Source of the DNA: a virus | Taxonomy: Duplodnaviria; Caudoviricetes | DNA: 51,435 bases | Virus record (IMG/VR): IMGVR_UViG_3300031949_000055 | Location: 1 to 51,435 of that record | Reading direction: 5' to 3' (one strand) | Shown here: positions 17,709 to 27,289 of the stretch, in pieces | Position numbering within the stretch: position 1 is the first letter of the stretch | How the letters are laid out: every line of letters begins with the position of its first letter | Position numbers and translations under genes: made by a program | Notes under the pieces: model-generated | The model's database searches: none | What the model was told of the DNA's origin: nothing | Seen by the model: only the letters and a program-made list of their open reading frames with translations

Positions 17709-19639
17709 CAGACCGCCTCAAGACGCTGTGGTTCGCCGCCAAGCGAGACGCCGACGTCGCCGACGCCACCTTGAGCGCGCTCGACCAAATCACGGTGTAC
17801 GCCAAGAACAACAGCCGCACCTTCCGGGGGGCGCTGGTGTGGGTTGCCTTCCAGGACATCGTGACGGCCACGGGGGGTACCATTGGGGAACACAGGGTGG
17901 CGTGCTCGGTCAACGGGGCCGGGGCGACGACCATCACGGAACTGGACGACATCGCCGCCACCGGCGAGCAGATGGGCGGCGTCCTTGGCCCATTTGACTT
18001 CACCGCGCACTTCACAACGAACTTCCCGGCTGCCGACAGCGCCACTCTGGACCTTTCGGTCTACTTCGACCAGACCACGGGCACGACGCTTGGGATGCGA
18101 AACGTCAATGCCCTGCTGGCGCTCACCTATCAGTACGACGACAACGGCATCACCACCGACTTTCACACGGACATCTGCCCCATCGAAAGCCCGGCGGGGG
18201 CGCTGCCGACGACCGAGACCGAGTTGGGGACGAACCAAATCCCGCAGTTCACCGGGGCAGGAGGCGACTTCGAAAACGTCGCCAGCCTGACGGAGCGTCA
18301 GCGGTTCTTTGTGGCAGAGGGCAATGACGGAAGCGCGGCGAGCGCCACCGATTACGTCCTCAACCTGCGCGTGGACTCGCTGACGACCAAGACGTTCGCC
18401 ACGACCGAGAAGGCGCTGGCGTCGGACTGCTACCAGCGGTTCATCCATATCCAGGCGGGCATCGACTTAACCGCGGTGCACGCGTTCAAGGCGTGGACAA
18501 CCGGGGCCGGGCGGCTCAATATGGCCGTCTGCACCATGTACACGACCTTCGAATACACCGTGTCGGGCACGACCGCCTTCACACAGACCGCCATCTTCGC
18601 CCTGGAGATACCGTCACCACTGGGCGGAACCGCGGCGGGAGACGCCAGCCGCTTCCAGCGGACCATCTCCGTGCCCGAACCGGCGACGGTAACACTCAAG
18701 CAGAGCGCCGTGCGCCTCTACTTCGTCGAAGGCGCGGCCGCGCTCGGCGGCCTGAACGTCCGGGTGGGAGGGCAGGCGTATCGAGCCTACACTCCGGGGG
18801 CTCAGGTGGTCTGCGGCTGCTCGTGCATGCAGCAGCGACTGGACAGCGGCGGAGCGCAGGGAGCCGGCTTCGCATCGTTCGTCCGGGGACAAAACATCTT
18901 CACGCTGGACGTCTACCGCACCGATGCCACCAACCTCGGGTGGAACCTGTCGGGCATCCTCATTCTGCGCTACCGCTCGGGCGTGGCGGCGGGGGGTGTA
19001 CCGAGCCACACGCACACGGTCATCTGGCCCGTCATGGGGTGGGACGCACTGCTGAACAACCTGCGGACCCAGGCTGCCGTCGCGCCCATCATCCCGGAGA
19101 CAAGTTACTGGCTCAGCGCCATCGGCTTCTGGATGACGCATTGGGACGCGGCCGCAGCGAATGGCATCGAGTGGCAGGCTGAGAATCAATCGGGCGAGGG
19201 ACCAGCCGCAGGCTGGCGGGACCTCTACGCCGACGTGCAAATCAAGGACCCCGAGCGGTCGTGCATCATGGTTTGGTGCCGGGCGCGCGATGACTTCCAG
19301 AGGCACCCCACTGACCCGGATACCGACCGTATGGCCGTCGAGACCAGCCGGGACTACCGGTATGTCAACGTAGCGACATGCGCCAAGGGCGTGGTGATGT
19401 TCCTGACCTACCACAGCATCACCTTCACCTTGAGCGGAACCATCAGCGGGTCGGCGGGCGGCACGGTGAACATCTACGTCAAGAAGGCGACCGACCCCAT
19501 CCGAGAGGTACTCTATAAGACGAGCCGGGTGGGCAACGGGGCCTACTCCGTGAGTGTTTACGACGATGTGCCAGACTATGCCGTCGACGCCTTTGAGGAT
19601 GATACGCACGTGGGTGCTTCGGCCGAGGCTGTAGTCTGA
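17705..19639 (+). CDS. Large beta-rich putative virion fibre/decoration protein
   Basis: 644 aa, Thr/Ala/Gly-rich; C-terminal Ig/prealbumin-like TLSGTISG...GAYSVSVYD segment. Confidence 0.6.
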   Translation: MTDRLKTLWFAAKRDADVADATLSALDQITVYAKNNSRTFRGALVWVAFQDIVTATGGTIGEHRVACSVNGAGATTITELDDIAATGEQMGGVLGPFDFTAHFTTNFPAADSATLDLSVYFDQTTGTTLGMRNVNALLALTYQYDDNGITTDFHTDICPIESPAGALPTTETELGTNQIPQFTGAGGDFENVASLTERQRFFVAEGNDGSAASATDYVLNLRVDSLTTKTFATTEKALASDCYQRFIHIQAGIDLTAVHAFKAWTTGAGRLNMAVCTMYTTFEYTVSGTTAFTQTAIFALEIPSPLGGTAAGDASRFQRTISVPEPATVTLKQSAVRLYFVEGAAALGGLNVRVGGQAYRAYTPGAQVVCGCSCMQQRLDSGGAQGAGFASFVRGQNIFTLDVYRTDATNLGWNLSGILILRYRSGVAAGGVPSHTHTVIWPVMGWDALLNNLRTQAAVAPIIPETSYWLSAIGFWMTHWDAAAANGIEWQAENQSGEGPAAGWRDLYADVQIKDPERSCIMVWCRARDDFQRHPTDPDTDRMAVETSRDYRYVNVATCAKGVVMFLTYHSITFTLSGTISGSAGGTVNIYVKKATDPIREVLYKTSRVGNGAYSVSVYDDVPDYAVDAFEDDTHVGASAEAVV

Positions 19640-20409
19640 TGGCGCACGATATCGCGCTGCGTGACCCAGGTACGGCGTTCGACATCGCGTTAGCAGAGGG
19701 CGCACTAGGTGGCGTCCTGGGCATGGTCGCCGAGAGTGACGCTGCCCAGGCGATTGCTTGGGCCCCGAAGGACCGCCTGGTCACGACGGTAACGGAGAGT
19801 GACACCGCCCAGGCCATTGGACATGCCCGAGCGTACACGATTGCTCAGGCGACGGAGAGCGATGGGGCGCAGCCCATCAGCCACGCGCGGGCCCATTCGC
19901 TCGCCCTGGCAGCGGAGACGGATGCTCCGCAGCCCCTGGCGGTCGACAAGGCCAAGGCGCTGGGCCTGGCGAGTGAGGGGGACACAGCCCAGGCGCTGAG
20001 CAGACAGAAGGCAGACCAGGTCGGCATGGCGAGCGAGGCGGACAGCGCCCAGGCGCTCGAGAGCCAGAAGGTCAAGGCGCTTGGGATGGCCGCCGAGGCG
20101 GATGTCGCGCAGACCATCACGCCGGGAACGGCCATCACGGAAGCCATCGACACCGTGTTCGAGGTGGACACGGCGCAACCTATCGCCTGGGCCCCGAAGC
20201 ATCGACTGCTCGGGATGGCCGCAGAGTTTGACCAGGCGCTCGGAATCACATGGGCCGGAGCACCCGTGGTGCCGCCGGGACCAGCACCGGGGCCCGTGGT
20301 AGTGTTGGGCGGCCGGAGGAAGCGCCAAGGCCACTGGCCGGAGATACCGGAACGAACGCCGCTACAGGCGGTCGACGAGGAGGAGGAGCTGCTGCTCCTG
20401 TTCCTCTAA
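19639..20409 (+). CDS. Tandem-repeat putative virion protein
   Basis: About nine 20-aa repeats with an ExDxAQ core; Pro-rich then acidic/hydrophobic tail. Confidence 0.7.
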   Translation: MAHDIALRDPGTAFDIALAEGALGGVLGMVAESDAAQAIAWAPKDRLVTTVTESDTAQAIGHARAYTIAQATESDGAQPISHARAHSLALAAETDAPQPLAVDKAKALGLASEGDTAQALSRQKADQVGMASEADSAQALESQKVKALGMAAEADVAQTITPGTAITEAIDTVFEVDTAQPIAWAPKHRLLGMAAEFDQALGITWAGAPVVPPGPAPGPVVVLGGRRKRQGHWPEIPERTPLQAVDEEEELLLLFL

Positions 20410-20434
20410 CCCAAGACCCCGCAAGGAGGGGAGA

Positions 20435-20899
20435 TTGAACAAGTATGTCATCGACTATGGTTACGGAAGGGCGGATTTCTACACGGAGGCGCTGGACCCT
20501 GAGGGCACGCCGGTCGAGATGGAGATGTTCCAGGACCTGGCGTTGTCCCCCGTGCGCCGGGAGTTCCTCACCTGCGCGACGGCCTGCTTCGGGATTCGGA
20601 AGTCGCTTGGGGACTACAGGTTGCTCGAGACTTACCTGAACGTGGAGCTGCCTCTGCCCTACCGGGGGCACGGCGGGACACACTTCCTCTCACATCACGG
20701 CGACGACATTCTGTTCGACAGCCACTACGAGCAGGCCCCGGGGGAGTATTGGAAGCTGCACAGCGAAGGGGGCGGATGGTGCAGCTGCAAGCAGCGCGGG
20801 AAGCCGGAGTTGAGCTGCGACGCGCATCACTTCTGGGTGCCGGACCACGAGGCGCTATGCAGCTGCCAGAATCGCAAGCCAGCACCGGTGACGGCATGA
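20435..20899 (+). CDS. Hypothetical Cys/His-rich protein
   Basis: TTG start after AAGGAGG. Confidence 0.6.
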   Translation: MNKYVIDYGYGRADFYTEALDPEGTPVEMEMFQDLALSPVRREFLTCATACFGIRKSLGDYRLLETYLNVELPLPYRGHGGTHFLSHHGDDILFDSHYEQAPGEYWKLHSEGGGWCSCKQRGKPELSCDAHHFWVPDHEALCSCQNRKPAPVTA

Positions 20900-21066
20900 G
20901 CCCAATGCGCTGGCTCCCCTGGCATGCAGACGTCGGAGCGTACAAGAGCTGGAAGCGGTTCGTCTGTAGGCTGTTCGGGCATCGGCCGTTCCAGGAGACC
21001 TACAAGATGGGCTACTGCCTGCGATGCGGGCAGGGGTTCGACGGACGCATCGGTGAGGAGCAATGA
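20896..21066 (+). CDS. Small DUF1660-like protein
   Basis: CRLFGH...CLRCG motif; ATGA coupling. Confidence 0.55.
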   Translation: MSPMRWLPWHADVGAYKSWKRFVCRLFGHRPFQETYKMGYCLRCGQGFDGRIGEEQ

Positions 21067-21722
21067 GCCTTCGAGAGGAACTGGCGCGGGCCGGGATTGC
21101 GATGGCAGTGGCGATGAAGCTGCGAGGCCGGAAGGCCAGCTCGGAGCAGGAGTTCCGTCACTCCATCCGGAATGCGGTCCGGGGATTGTGGAGCGGAGCC
21201 ATCGACGCCGGGGCATTCGAGGAGGAGATGACCCGGATGGTCGAGCGGCGATTGCGCCAGGCGTGGGAGGAGGGGCTGGAGGTATGTGGCTTCGCGGTGA
21301 GCGAAGCGGGAGCCCGTGAGCGCGCTGTGCTGGACCAGGCCATCGACGAGAACCTCCCGCACGTGGCGGGCTTCGCCCAGGCCATCCAGGACGGGAGCCA
21401 GGCGAATGGGGCGGCGCTGAGCCCCCTGCTCAGCCGGGCCGAGATGTGGGTGACCGCCTGGGGCAGGACCAAGGCCGCAGCCCAGCTCATCGCGTGCCAG
21501 GACCAGAAGCTGCGGTGGCGGTACAACCCCGCCAAGGAGCACTGTGGCGACTGCTCAATGTTGCACGGCAAGGTGTATCGCGCGAGTGTGTGGGCCAAGT
21601 ACAATGTGCTTCCACGCGGGCGCAATCTCGAGTGTGGAGGATGGCTATGCGGGTGTGAGCTAGAGCCAACACGCGAGCCGGTGACACCGGGCTTTCCGCC
21701 GAGGCTCAGCGGTTCAGCATGA
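21063..21722 (+). CDS. Minor head protein (Mu gpF / SPP1 gp7-like)
   Basis: C-terminal RWRY...EHCGDC..LHGKVY...CGGWLCGC motif. Confidence 0.7.
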   Translation: MSLREELARAGIAMAVAMKLRGRKASSEQEFRHSIRNAVRGLWSGAIDAGAFEEEMTRMVERRLRQAWEEGLEVCGFAVSEAGARERAVLDQAIDENLPHVAGFAQAIQDGSQANGAALSPLLSRAEMWVTAWGRTKAAAQLIACQDQKLRWRYNPAKEHCGDCSMLHGKVYRASVWAKYNVLPRGRNLECGGWLCGCELEPTREPVTPGFPPRLSGSA

Positions 21723-22087
21723 CCCCTCTGCAACACCCCGCAGTGAGCAAGCCCCGACCGGAGCTGGCTCCGAACGGGCGAATGTGGGATTGCTTCTGCG
21801 GGCGAGAGAACTTCCCCGAGAGCGTGCAATGCCCGAGGTGCGGGCGACGCAAACGAGCTGTCCAGGCGGACCAGGCGACGATAATCCTGCTGGCCGAGGG
21901 AGTGAGCGAGGATGAACTACGCGACGAGGGTGCAGAAGTACACCGCGGCGCAGCGGAAGGTGCTCGGAGGGATGAGCGCCATCAGGGTCCACCAACCGCC
22001 CGTGGGCAGCCGACCGAAGACCCAGGCGGGCCCGGCCTTGCCCGTGTTCAAGGTGACGAGCGCCGACCTGGTAGGGGCCGGAGGTAA
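21719..22087 (+). CDS. RanBP2-type zinc-finger-like protein (3' part overlaps the next gene)
   Basis: WDCFCGRENFPESVQCPRCG; ATGA coupling. Confidence 0.45.
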   Translation: MTPLQHPAVSKPRPELAPNGRMWDCFCGRENFPESVQCPRCGRRKRAVQADQATIILLAEGVSEDELRDEGAEVHRGAAEGARRDERHQGPPTARGQPTEDPGGPGLARVQGDERRPGRGRR

Positions 22088-22217
22088 CATCCACCTGACG
22101 GACAATGAGCCGCTGGTGGTTGTGGTCGAATCCGCTGCGGGCGGGAAGGTCATGAGTGGGCCCGCGGTGCTGGTCTACCCGGTCACTGCAACCGGGGCCT
22201 ACGATGCCTCTTTTTGA
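21912..22217 (+). CDS. Hypothetical (possible virion) protein
   Basis: Purine-rich SD region; G/C-ending codons; beta-rich composition. Confidence 0.6.
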   Translation: MNYATRVQKYTAAQRKVLGGMSAIRVHQPPVGSRPKTQAGPALPVFKVTSADLVGAGGNIHLTDNEPLVVVVESAAGGKVMSGPAVLVYPVTATGAYDASF

Positions 22218-22398
22218 CCCGCCCAAGATGGCCGGTGGCATGACGATAGCCTTCGCTCGCTGCCGAAACCGCGGGCACCGGTGGCTGCGGAACTACGATG
22301 ACCGGACGGGCCGTATGGTGGCGCAGTGTCGGACGTGCCGAGCGAACGGGGAGTGGAGCGAATTCCGAGTGCTACGCTTCATGGGCCAGACGAGATGA
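22204..22398 (+). CDS. Small zinc-ribbon protein
   Basis: C...GHRW...CRTC. Confidence 0.45.
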   Translation: MPLFDPPKMAGGMTIAFARCRNRGHRWLRNYDDRTGRMVAQCRTCRANGEWSEFRVLRFMGQTR

Positions 22399-22907
22399 CA
22401 ACGACCATTCAGCTCAAGGCCATCAAAGCCAAGAAGCTACAGGTGGACCAGATACGCCTCGAGCTGCTCAACGAACTGCGGAAGCAGGGGACCGAGCACA
22501 AGGAGCGATTGCGCCAGACGGTCAGAACCTGGAAGGGTGACCGGCCAACATTCAAGACGGCCATCAGTCTGCGCGGGGGCGACGCCGTGGCAGCGACCTA
22601 CCCGGAGGGGAGCGACCTGGCTGTCATGAAGTGGGTCTGGCTGGAAGCTGGGACGCGCATTCGGTGGGCACTGATGGGGCAAGGCTGGAAAAGCAAGACA
22701 CGCCCGGGCCGATTCGCCAGCGGAGCGGGGCGAGGACGTGTGGTATTGTTTGGCAAGCGCGGGTTCAACCGCCATGGGCTGAAGGCGCGGCCGGGCATCA
22801 AGGCTCGGAAGTGGACGGAGAAGGTACGGAAGGAACGTGAACGAGCCTTCGCGCGGGAACTGGAGAGAGCTGTCGTGCGTGGTGCGGACAAGGCCTATCC
22901 CAAATGA
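22395..22907 (+). CDS. Basic neck/tail-completion-like protein (HK97 gp10-like)
   Basis: WVWLEAGTR...PGIKARKW motif typical of gp10-like proteins. Confidence 0.55.
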   Translation: MTTTIQLKAIKAKKLQVDQIRLELLNELRKQGTEHKERLRQTVRTWKGDRPTFKTAISLRGGDAVAATYPEGSDLAVMKWVWLEAGTRIRWALMGQGWKSKTRPGRFASGAGRGRVVLFGKRGFNRHGLKARPGIKARKWTEKVRKERERAFARELERAVVRGADKAYPK

Positions 22908-23137
22908 CAACCATCGTCCCGCAGGATATCCGCCCCGAGTGGTTCAACGTCATCCGGCGGTTGCAGTCAGTAGCGCATGAGGGAAATCAGGGGCTGGCCG
23001 TGCTCCAGATAATCGTGCTGGTCGACGACAAGGGCAACCCGATAGTCTGGACCGAGCCCAAGCGGACGAAGCTGGAGCCCTGGAGGCTGGCAGGCCAGGT
23101 CTTGCACCTGTTGACAGGGGACAGTCCCCCAACGTAG
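22904..23137 (+). CDS. Small hypothetical protein
   Basis: ATGA coupling. Confidence 0.6.
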   Translation: MTTIVPQDIRPEWFNVIRRLQSVAHEGNQGLAVLQIIVLVDDKGNPIVWTEPKRTKLEPWRLAGQVLHLLTGDSPPT

Positions 23138-23140
23138 AAT
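23111..23140 (+). promoter_or_regulatory. Sigma70-type promoter (TTGACA-N18-TAGAAT) with a palindrome in the spacer
   Basis: TTGACA at 23111-23116; TAGAAT at 23135-23140; GGGGAC-A-GTCCCC at 23117-23129. Confidence 0.7.
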
Positions 23141-23181
23141 ACGAAGGCGAAGGGGAAGGTCATAATGCAAGGCGCTCACAC

Positions 23182-23222
23182 CGGGCGCGTCCGCGGAACC
23201 CCGCGGCGCGCCCGCTTGTTTT
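23182..23222 (+). terminator. Terminator/attenuator-like hairpin in the leader of the head genes
   Basis: CGGGCGCG(T)CCGCGG-AACC-CCGCGGCGCGCCCG followed by CTTGTTTT, directly before the AGGAG SD. Confidence 0.6.
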
Positions 23223-23231
23223 AGGAGTGAC

Positions 23232-25760
23232 GTGGAATACAGTCTCGACCTGCCCGACCCACATGGGTTCCTCGTATGGACCGGCCGCCGAACGGCGATG
23301 CTGGCGAGGAGCCCGCTGCCGACCGATGCCAGCTACGTCATCACCGGAGGCGGGAAGGCTTGGGCGAAAGTCACAGTGGGCGAGCCGCAGCTCTTGGCGG
23401 TGAAGGAATTGGAGAGCCGCAGCGCCGAGCATCAGGTGAAGGCGGAGGAGGCTGCGGAGTGGTGGCCGAAGCTGGATGCGGTCTACCTGCAGAAGTTCGA
23501 GACCGTCGAGCGATACGACCCGCCGCTTTCATTGAGCACGAACGGCAAGCAGGCGGAAGCAGCGCAACCGGCCGTGGCCCATCACGGCGAACATGCCGTG
23601 ATGATGGACCAGGTGGGGATGGGCGGCTCTCCGAAGCCAGGGGCGAACGTAGCAGACTTCCTGGAGAGCCGCATCCACAAGGGGTACACCGATGCCGCGG
23701 ACGACCTATTGGCGGCGGGTTACCTGAGCAAGGATGAGCGCATCGAGCTGTCGAGCGCGGTGACTTCAGCTCTCGCCGCTTTCCGGACGACACTCGAAAG
23801 CGGGCTCGGCCAGCTGGCGGGCCGGGCAATTGAGGCGGAGGCCGCGTTGGAATTGACGGGCAAGCAGGAGCAGGAGACCACGACCATGCCATACATGAAG
23901 GTCAAGGACGGCGATGAGACGTGCGTCTACAAGAAGGGCCCGGATGGGAAGCAGACCGGCAAGACATTGGGCTGCCATCCGACCGAGAAGGAAGCGAATG
24001 CACAGATTGCCGCGCTGAACGCCAACGAAGTGGCGGCCAAGGCCAAGCTAGAGGGCCGCGAAAGCGATGAGCAGCAGACGCGGGCCATCATGCAGGCGTT
24101 CCACGACGCGTTCGACATCGTGAAGGAGCTGCCTGGCGGCCAAACGACCGAGGTCTACCCCTGGATAAGTGACACCTACACCGACGAGGGGGCCTTCATC
24201 GTCGAGCTCGACGGCAAGAGCTACCGCGTGAATTACGAGGAGGCCGACGGGGCCATCACGTTCGACCCGCCGGAGACCTGGCAGGAGGTGGTGCGCTACG
24301 AGGAGTGGCGGCCAGTGCCCCTGCCCGAGATGATGATGGGCACAGCCTCGCGCGTGCTCATGGGCGCGAAGGGCCTCAAGACACAACCTCCGGCCGCAGC
24401 GGCCGGAGCCCCGGAGCCGAGCATCAAGGCGGGGCGGCGCATGCGTGGCGACAAGCTGCGGATGCTCAAGGGCTTTCGTAAGACGATGAACCGGCTGATG
24501 AAGGAGCTGAGCGAGGTGCTCGGCTGGGCCGATTATGCCGAGGCCGACAAGGGCCTGGTCGGGGGCATCAAACTCATCGATGGACCGGACGGCGAAAAGT
24601 GGGTGCTCACTTGGACTACCAACTCCTTCGAGGACCGGGACAAGGAGATTTTCACAGCGGAGGCGCTGGAGGACTACGTCAAGCGCCATGAGGACGAGGA
24701 AGCCAAGGGGGCATTCTGGTTCTGGCACATTCCAGGGTCGAAGTTCGGGACCATCAAGTGGCAGGGCATGTCCGGGCGGTTCCTGGTGGAAGCAGGACCG
24801 TTCGATGAGACGGACGTCGGGAAAGCGTTCAAGGCATTTCTCGAGGAGCATCCCGACGGCCATCCGACTATCGCCCCCGAAGGATGGGGCACGTCGCACG
24901 GGTTCGTCTACAAGTCCGGCGACAGGGAGGACGGCGTATACGATTGGCTCGAGAAGCATGAGACGACCGTGTTGCCAGGGCATGTCGCCGCAAATCCGTA
25001 CAACCCAGGAAAGGCAATGGAGGTGTTTACAGTGGACAAGAAGCAACGCGCTGCGCTGGAAGCCATCGGCGGCAAGGACCTGGCGGACCAGGTCGTCGCA
25101 CTTGGCGAAGGCATGACGAAGGACCTCGAGGACGCAGGCGTGGCATACAAGGCTGCGCTGGCTGCCCAGGTGCAGCCCATCATCGAAGGGACGAAGGACG
25201 CCGCGCTGAAGTCGGCCCTGCAGGCCGCGCTGAAGGCGGAGGAGCCGAAGGCGGCCGTCATGGCGGCAGCTGCCAAGGCCAAGGGAGCGGACGCCAAGAC
25301 GCTCGCGCCCATCTTGGCCGCGCTGGGGGAAACCCCGCCGGAGCCCCCGGCGAGCGAGCCGAAGGGTGAAGAGACCGAGCCTCCGGCCCCGGAGAGCGTC
25401 GGCTCGCTGCGCGCCGAGGTGTCGGAGGCGTTCAAGGCGATGGCCGAGGGCACCGGTGCCCGGCTGAACAGCATCGAGGCGAAGCTCGACCAGCTCGTGA
25501 CGGTCGTGGCGGAGGCCAACACACTCGAGGCGGAGAAGGCCGGGTTGACGCCCCGGGCCTCGCTGAAGGCCGTTGTGACGAGCGCCATCGGAAACCCGGC
25601 GACGCGCGTCGACGGACGAACGGCGCTGGCCAAGTCCGAACCCAAGGAGACGCCGCAGCCCACCGACGAAGGGTCGGGTATCCCGCTGTTGGGCCGCATC
25701 AAGCAGCTCAACGCCGAGCGAACCGGCAAGGGAGTGGCGACGCAGACCCCGGCGGCCTAG
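23232..25760 (+). CDS. Multidomain prohead protease / scaffold protein with an N-terminal ASCH-like domain
   Basis: Directly upstream of the capsid gene; DRDKEIF...WH...WGTSHGF...ETTVLP..AANP protease-like core; Ala/Glu/Lys-rich C-terminus. Confidence 0.7.
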   Translation: MEYSLDLPDPHGFLVWTGRRTAMLARSPLPTDASYVITGGGKAWAKVTVGEPQLLAVKELESRSAEHQVKAEEAAEWWPKLDAVYLQKFETVERYDPPLSLSTNGKQAEAAQPAVAHHGEHAVMMDQVGMGGSPKPGANVADFLESRIHKGYTDAADDLLAAGYLSKDERIELSSAVTSALAAFRTTLESGLGQLAGRAIEAEAALELTGKQEQETTTMPYMKVKDGDETCVYKKGPDGKQTGKTLGCHPTEKEANAQIAALNANEVAAKAKLEGRESDEQQTRAIMQAFHDAFDIVKELPGGQTTEVYPWISDTYTDEGAFIVELDGKSYRVNYEEADGAITFDPPETWQEVVRYEEWRPVPLPEMMMGTASRVLMGAKGLKTQPPAAAAGAPEPSIKAGRRMRGDKLRMLKGFRKTMNRLMKELSEVLGWADYAEADKGLVGGIKLIDGPDGEKWVLTWTTNSFEDRDKEIFTAEALEDYVKRHEDEEAKGAFWFWHIPGSKFGTIKWQGMSGRFLVEAGPFDETDVGKAFKAFLEEHPDGHPTIAPEGWGTSHGFVYKSGDREDGVYDWLEKHETTVLPGHVAANPYNPGKAMEVFTVDKKQRAALEAIGGKDLADQVVALGEGMTKDLEDAGVAYKAALAAQVQPIIEGTKDAALKSALQAALKAEEPKAAVMAAAAKAKGADAKTLAPILAALGETPPEPPASEPKGEETEPPAPESVGSLRAEVSEAFKAMAEGTGARLNSIEAKLDQLVTVVAEANTLEAEKAGLTPRASLKAVVTSAIGNPATRVDGRTALAKSEPKETPQPTDEGSGIPLLGRIKQLNAERTGKGVATQTPAA

Positions 25761-25809
25761 CGAGCCACACTGAGCCGAGACGAGAGACTAGGGACCAGGA
25801 GGAACTGAC

Positions 25810-27264
25810 GTGGAAACGGAATACATGGAGAAGCTGGCCGCCATCCTCGATGGCCAACAGAACCTGATGCAGGCATTGGCCGCCAAGGGCGGGGTGCAGC
25901 TGGGAAAGAAAACCGCCGGGAATGTCAATACGGCAGGGCTGCTGTTTGGCGCGGGCGGGGTGTTTTCGACGCCCGGGCTAGAGCCCGACATCATCACGGC
26001 CCACATTCGGCCGCATGGGTTGCTGAGCGAGTTGCCGATGTTCCCCTCGGTCATCGAGCAGCCGCGGTTCGGCAGCATCACGGGCTTCACCGGGACGACC
26101 GGAAACGAGCCCGCCAACCCGTGCTCGGACGCGCCTTCGGGGTACATGAAGGGGTGCAACCTCACGGCGGCCTTCGGGCGTGTGCAGCGCGACACGAACA
26201 CCATCGAGTGGGACAAGGTCATGCTCCAGCTGCGCGGGGGCATCACGACTGACCTGACCCTGCGGGGCCGCCTGCTCGGGCTGGACAACCTGAACCCGGC
26301 GGACCTGAACGAGGCCGACGTCCTGAACATCGTGACGATGGCCGAGATGGTCGGCGTGGGCGCTCAGCTCGAGCGCCTGAATAGCCGGTTGCTGTGGACC
26401 GGGAACCCGGCCAACAACAACATCGGTGGGGGCTACAAGGAGCCGCCCGGGCTGGACCGGCAGATTGCGACCGGCCAGATTGACTCCGAGACCGCCATCG
26501 CGTGCCAGGCGCTGGACTCGGACGTCAAGAACTTCAACCGGAGCCCCGTGGACGGGACGGCCCGGAGCATCGTCGAGTACCTGTCGATGCTCGAGTTCTA
26601 CCTGCGCTACAACGCGCAGCGGATGGGCCTGGACCCGGTTACTTGGGTCATCGTCATGCGGCCCGAGCTGTGGTTCACGCTGAGCGAAGTCTGGCCGTGC
26701 CAGTACAACACGAGCCGCTGCGCCACGGCGGTCATCGGGGCGGTCAGCTCGGTGTTCATCGACGGCCGGGAGAATATCGCCGAACGGGATGCGATGCGGA
26801 ACGGCAAGTACATCGACATCAACGGCAACCGCTACCCGGTGGTCGTGGACACGGGCATCTTCGAGTACACGAACATCAACGACGCCAACCTGCTGCCCGG
26901 GCAATACGCCTCGAGCATCTACATGATTCCGCTCACCATCACCGGCGGGTTCCCCGTGACGTACCTGGAGCACGTGGACTACCGGCAGGGAGCGCGGGAC
27001 CTGGCGCTGCTGAGGGGCCTGGAGAACTTCTGGACCGACCGAGGCCTGTACAGCTGGGCTCTGGAGCAGGTGAAGTGGTGCTACAAGCTGAGCGCCAAGA
27101 TAGAATGGCGTGTCGTGCTGCGGACGCCGCAACTGGCAGGCCGCATCGACCTCGTGCGCTACCAGCCGCTGCAGCACCTGCGCAGCCCGGACCCGAGCTC
27201 GCCGTACTTCGCTGACGGCGGCGTCAGCCTGCGACCGGCCCCGGCAACCTCGCACGTCTGGTAA
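25810..27264 (+). CDS. Major capsid protein
   Basis: 484 aa; AGGAGG SD; follows the protease/scaffold; highly biased codons; LLWTGNP...PGLD HK97-like segment. Confidence 0.75.
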   Translation: METEYMEKLAAILDGQQNLMQALAAKGGVQLGKKTAGNVNTAGLLFGAGGVFSTPGLEPDIITAHIRPHGLLSELPMFPSVIEQPRFGSITGFTGTTGNEPANPCSDAPSGYMKGCNLTAAFGRVQRDTNTIEWDKVMLQLRGGITTDLTLRGRLLGLDNLNPADLNEADVLNIVTMAEMVGVGAQLERLNSRLLWTGNPANNNIGGGYKEPPGLDRQIATGQIDSETAIACQALDSDVKNFNRSPVDGTARSIVEYLSMLEFYLRYNAQRMGLDPVTWVIVMRPELWFTLSEVWPCQYNTSRCATAVIGAVSSVFIDGRENIAERDAMRNGKYIDINGNRYPVVVDTGIFEYTNINDANLLPGQYASSIYMIPLTITGGFPVTYLEHVDYRQGARDLALLRGLENFWTDRGLYSWALEQVKWCYKLSAKIEWRVVLRTPQLAGRIDLVRYQPLQHLRSPDPSSPYFADGGVSLRPAPATSHVW

Positions 27265-27289
27265 GATAGGGAGCGACAACCCAAGCCAT

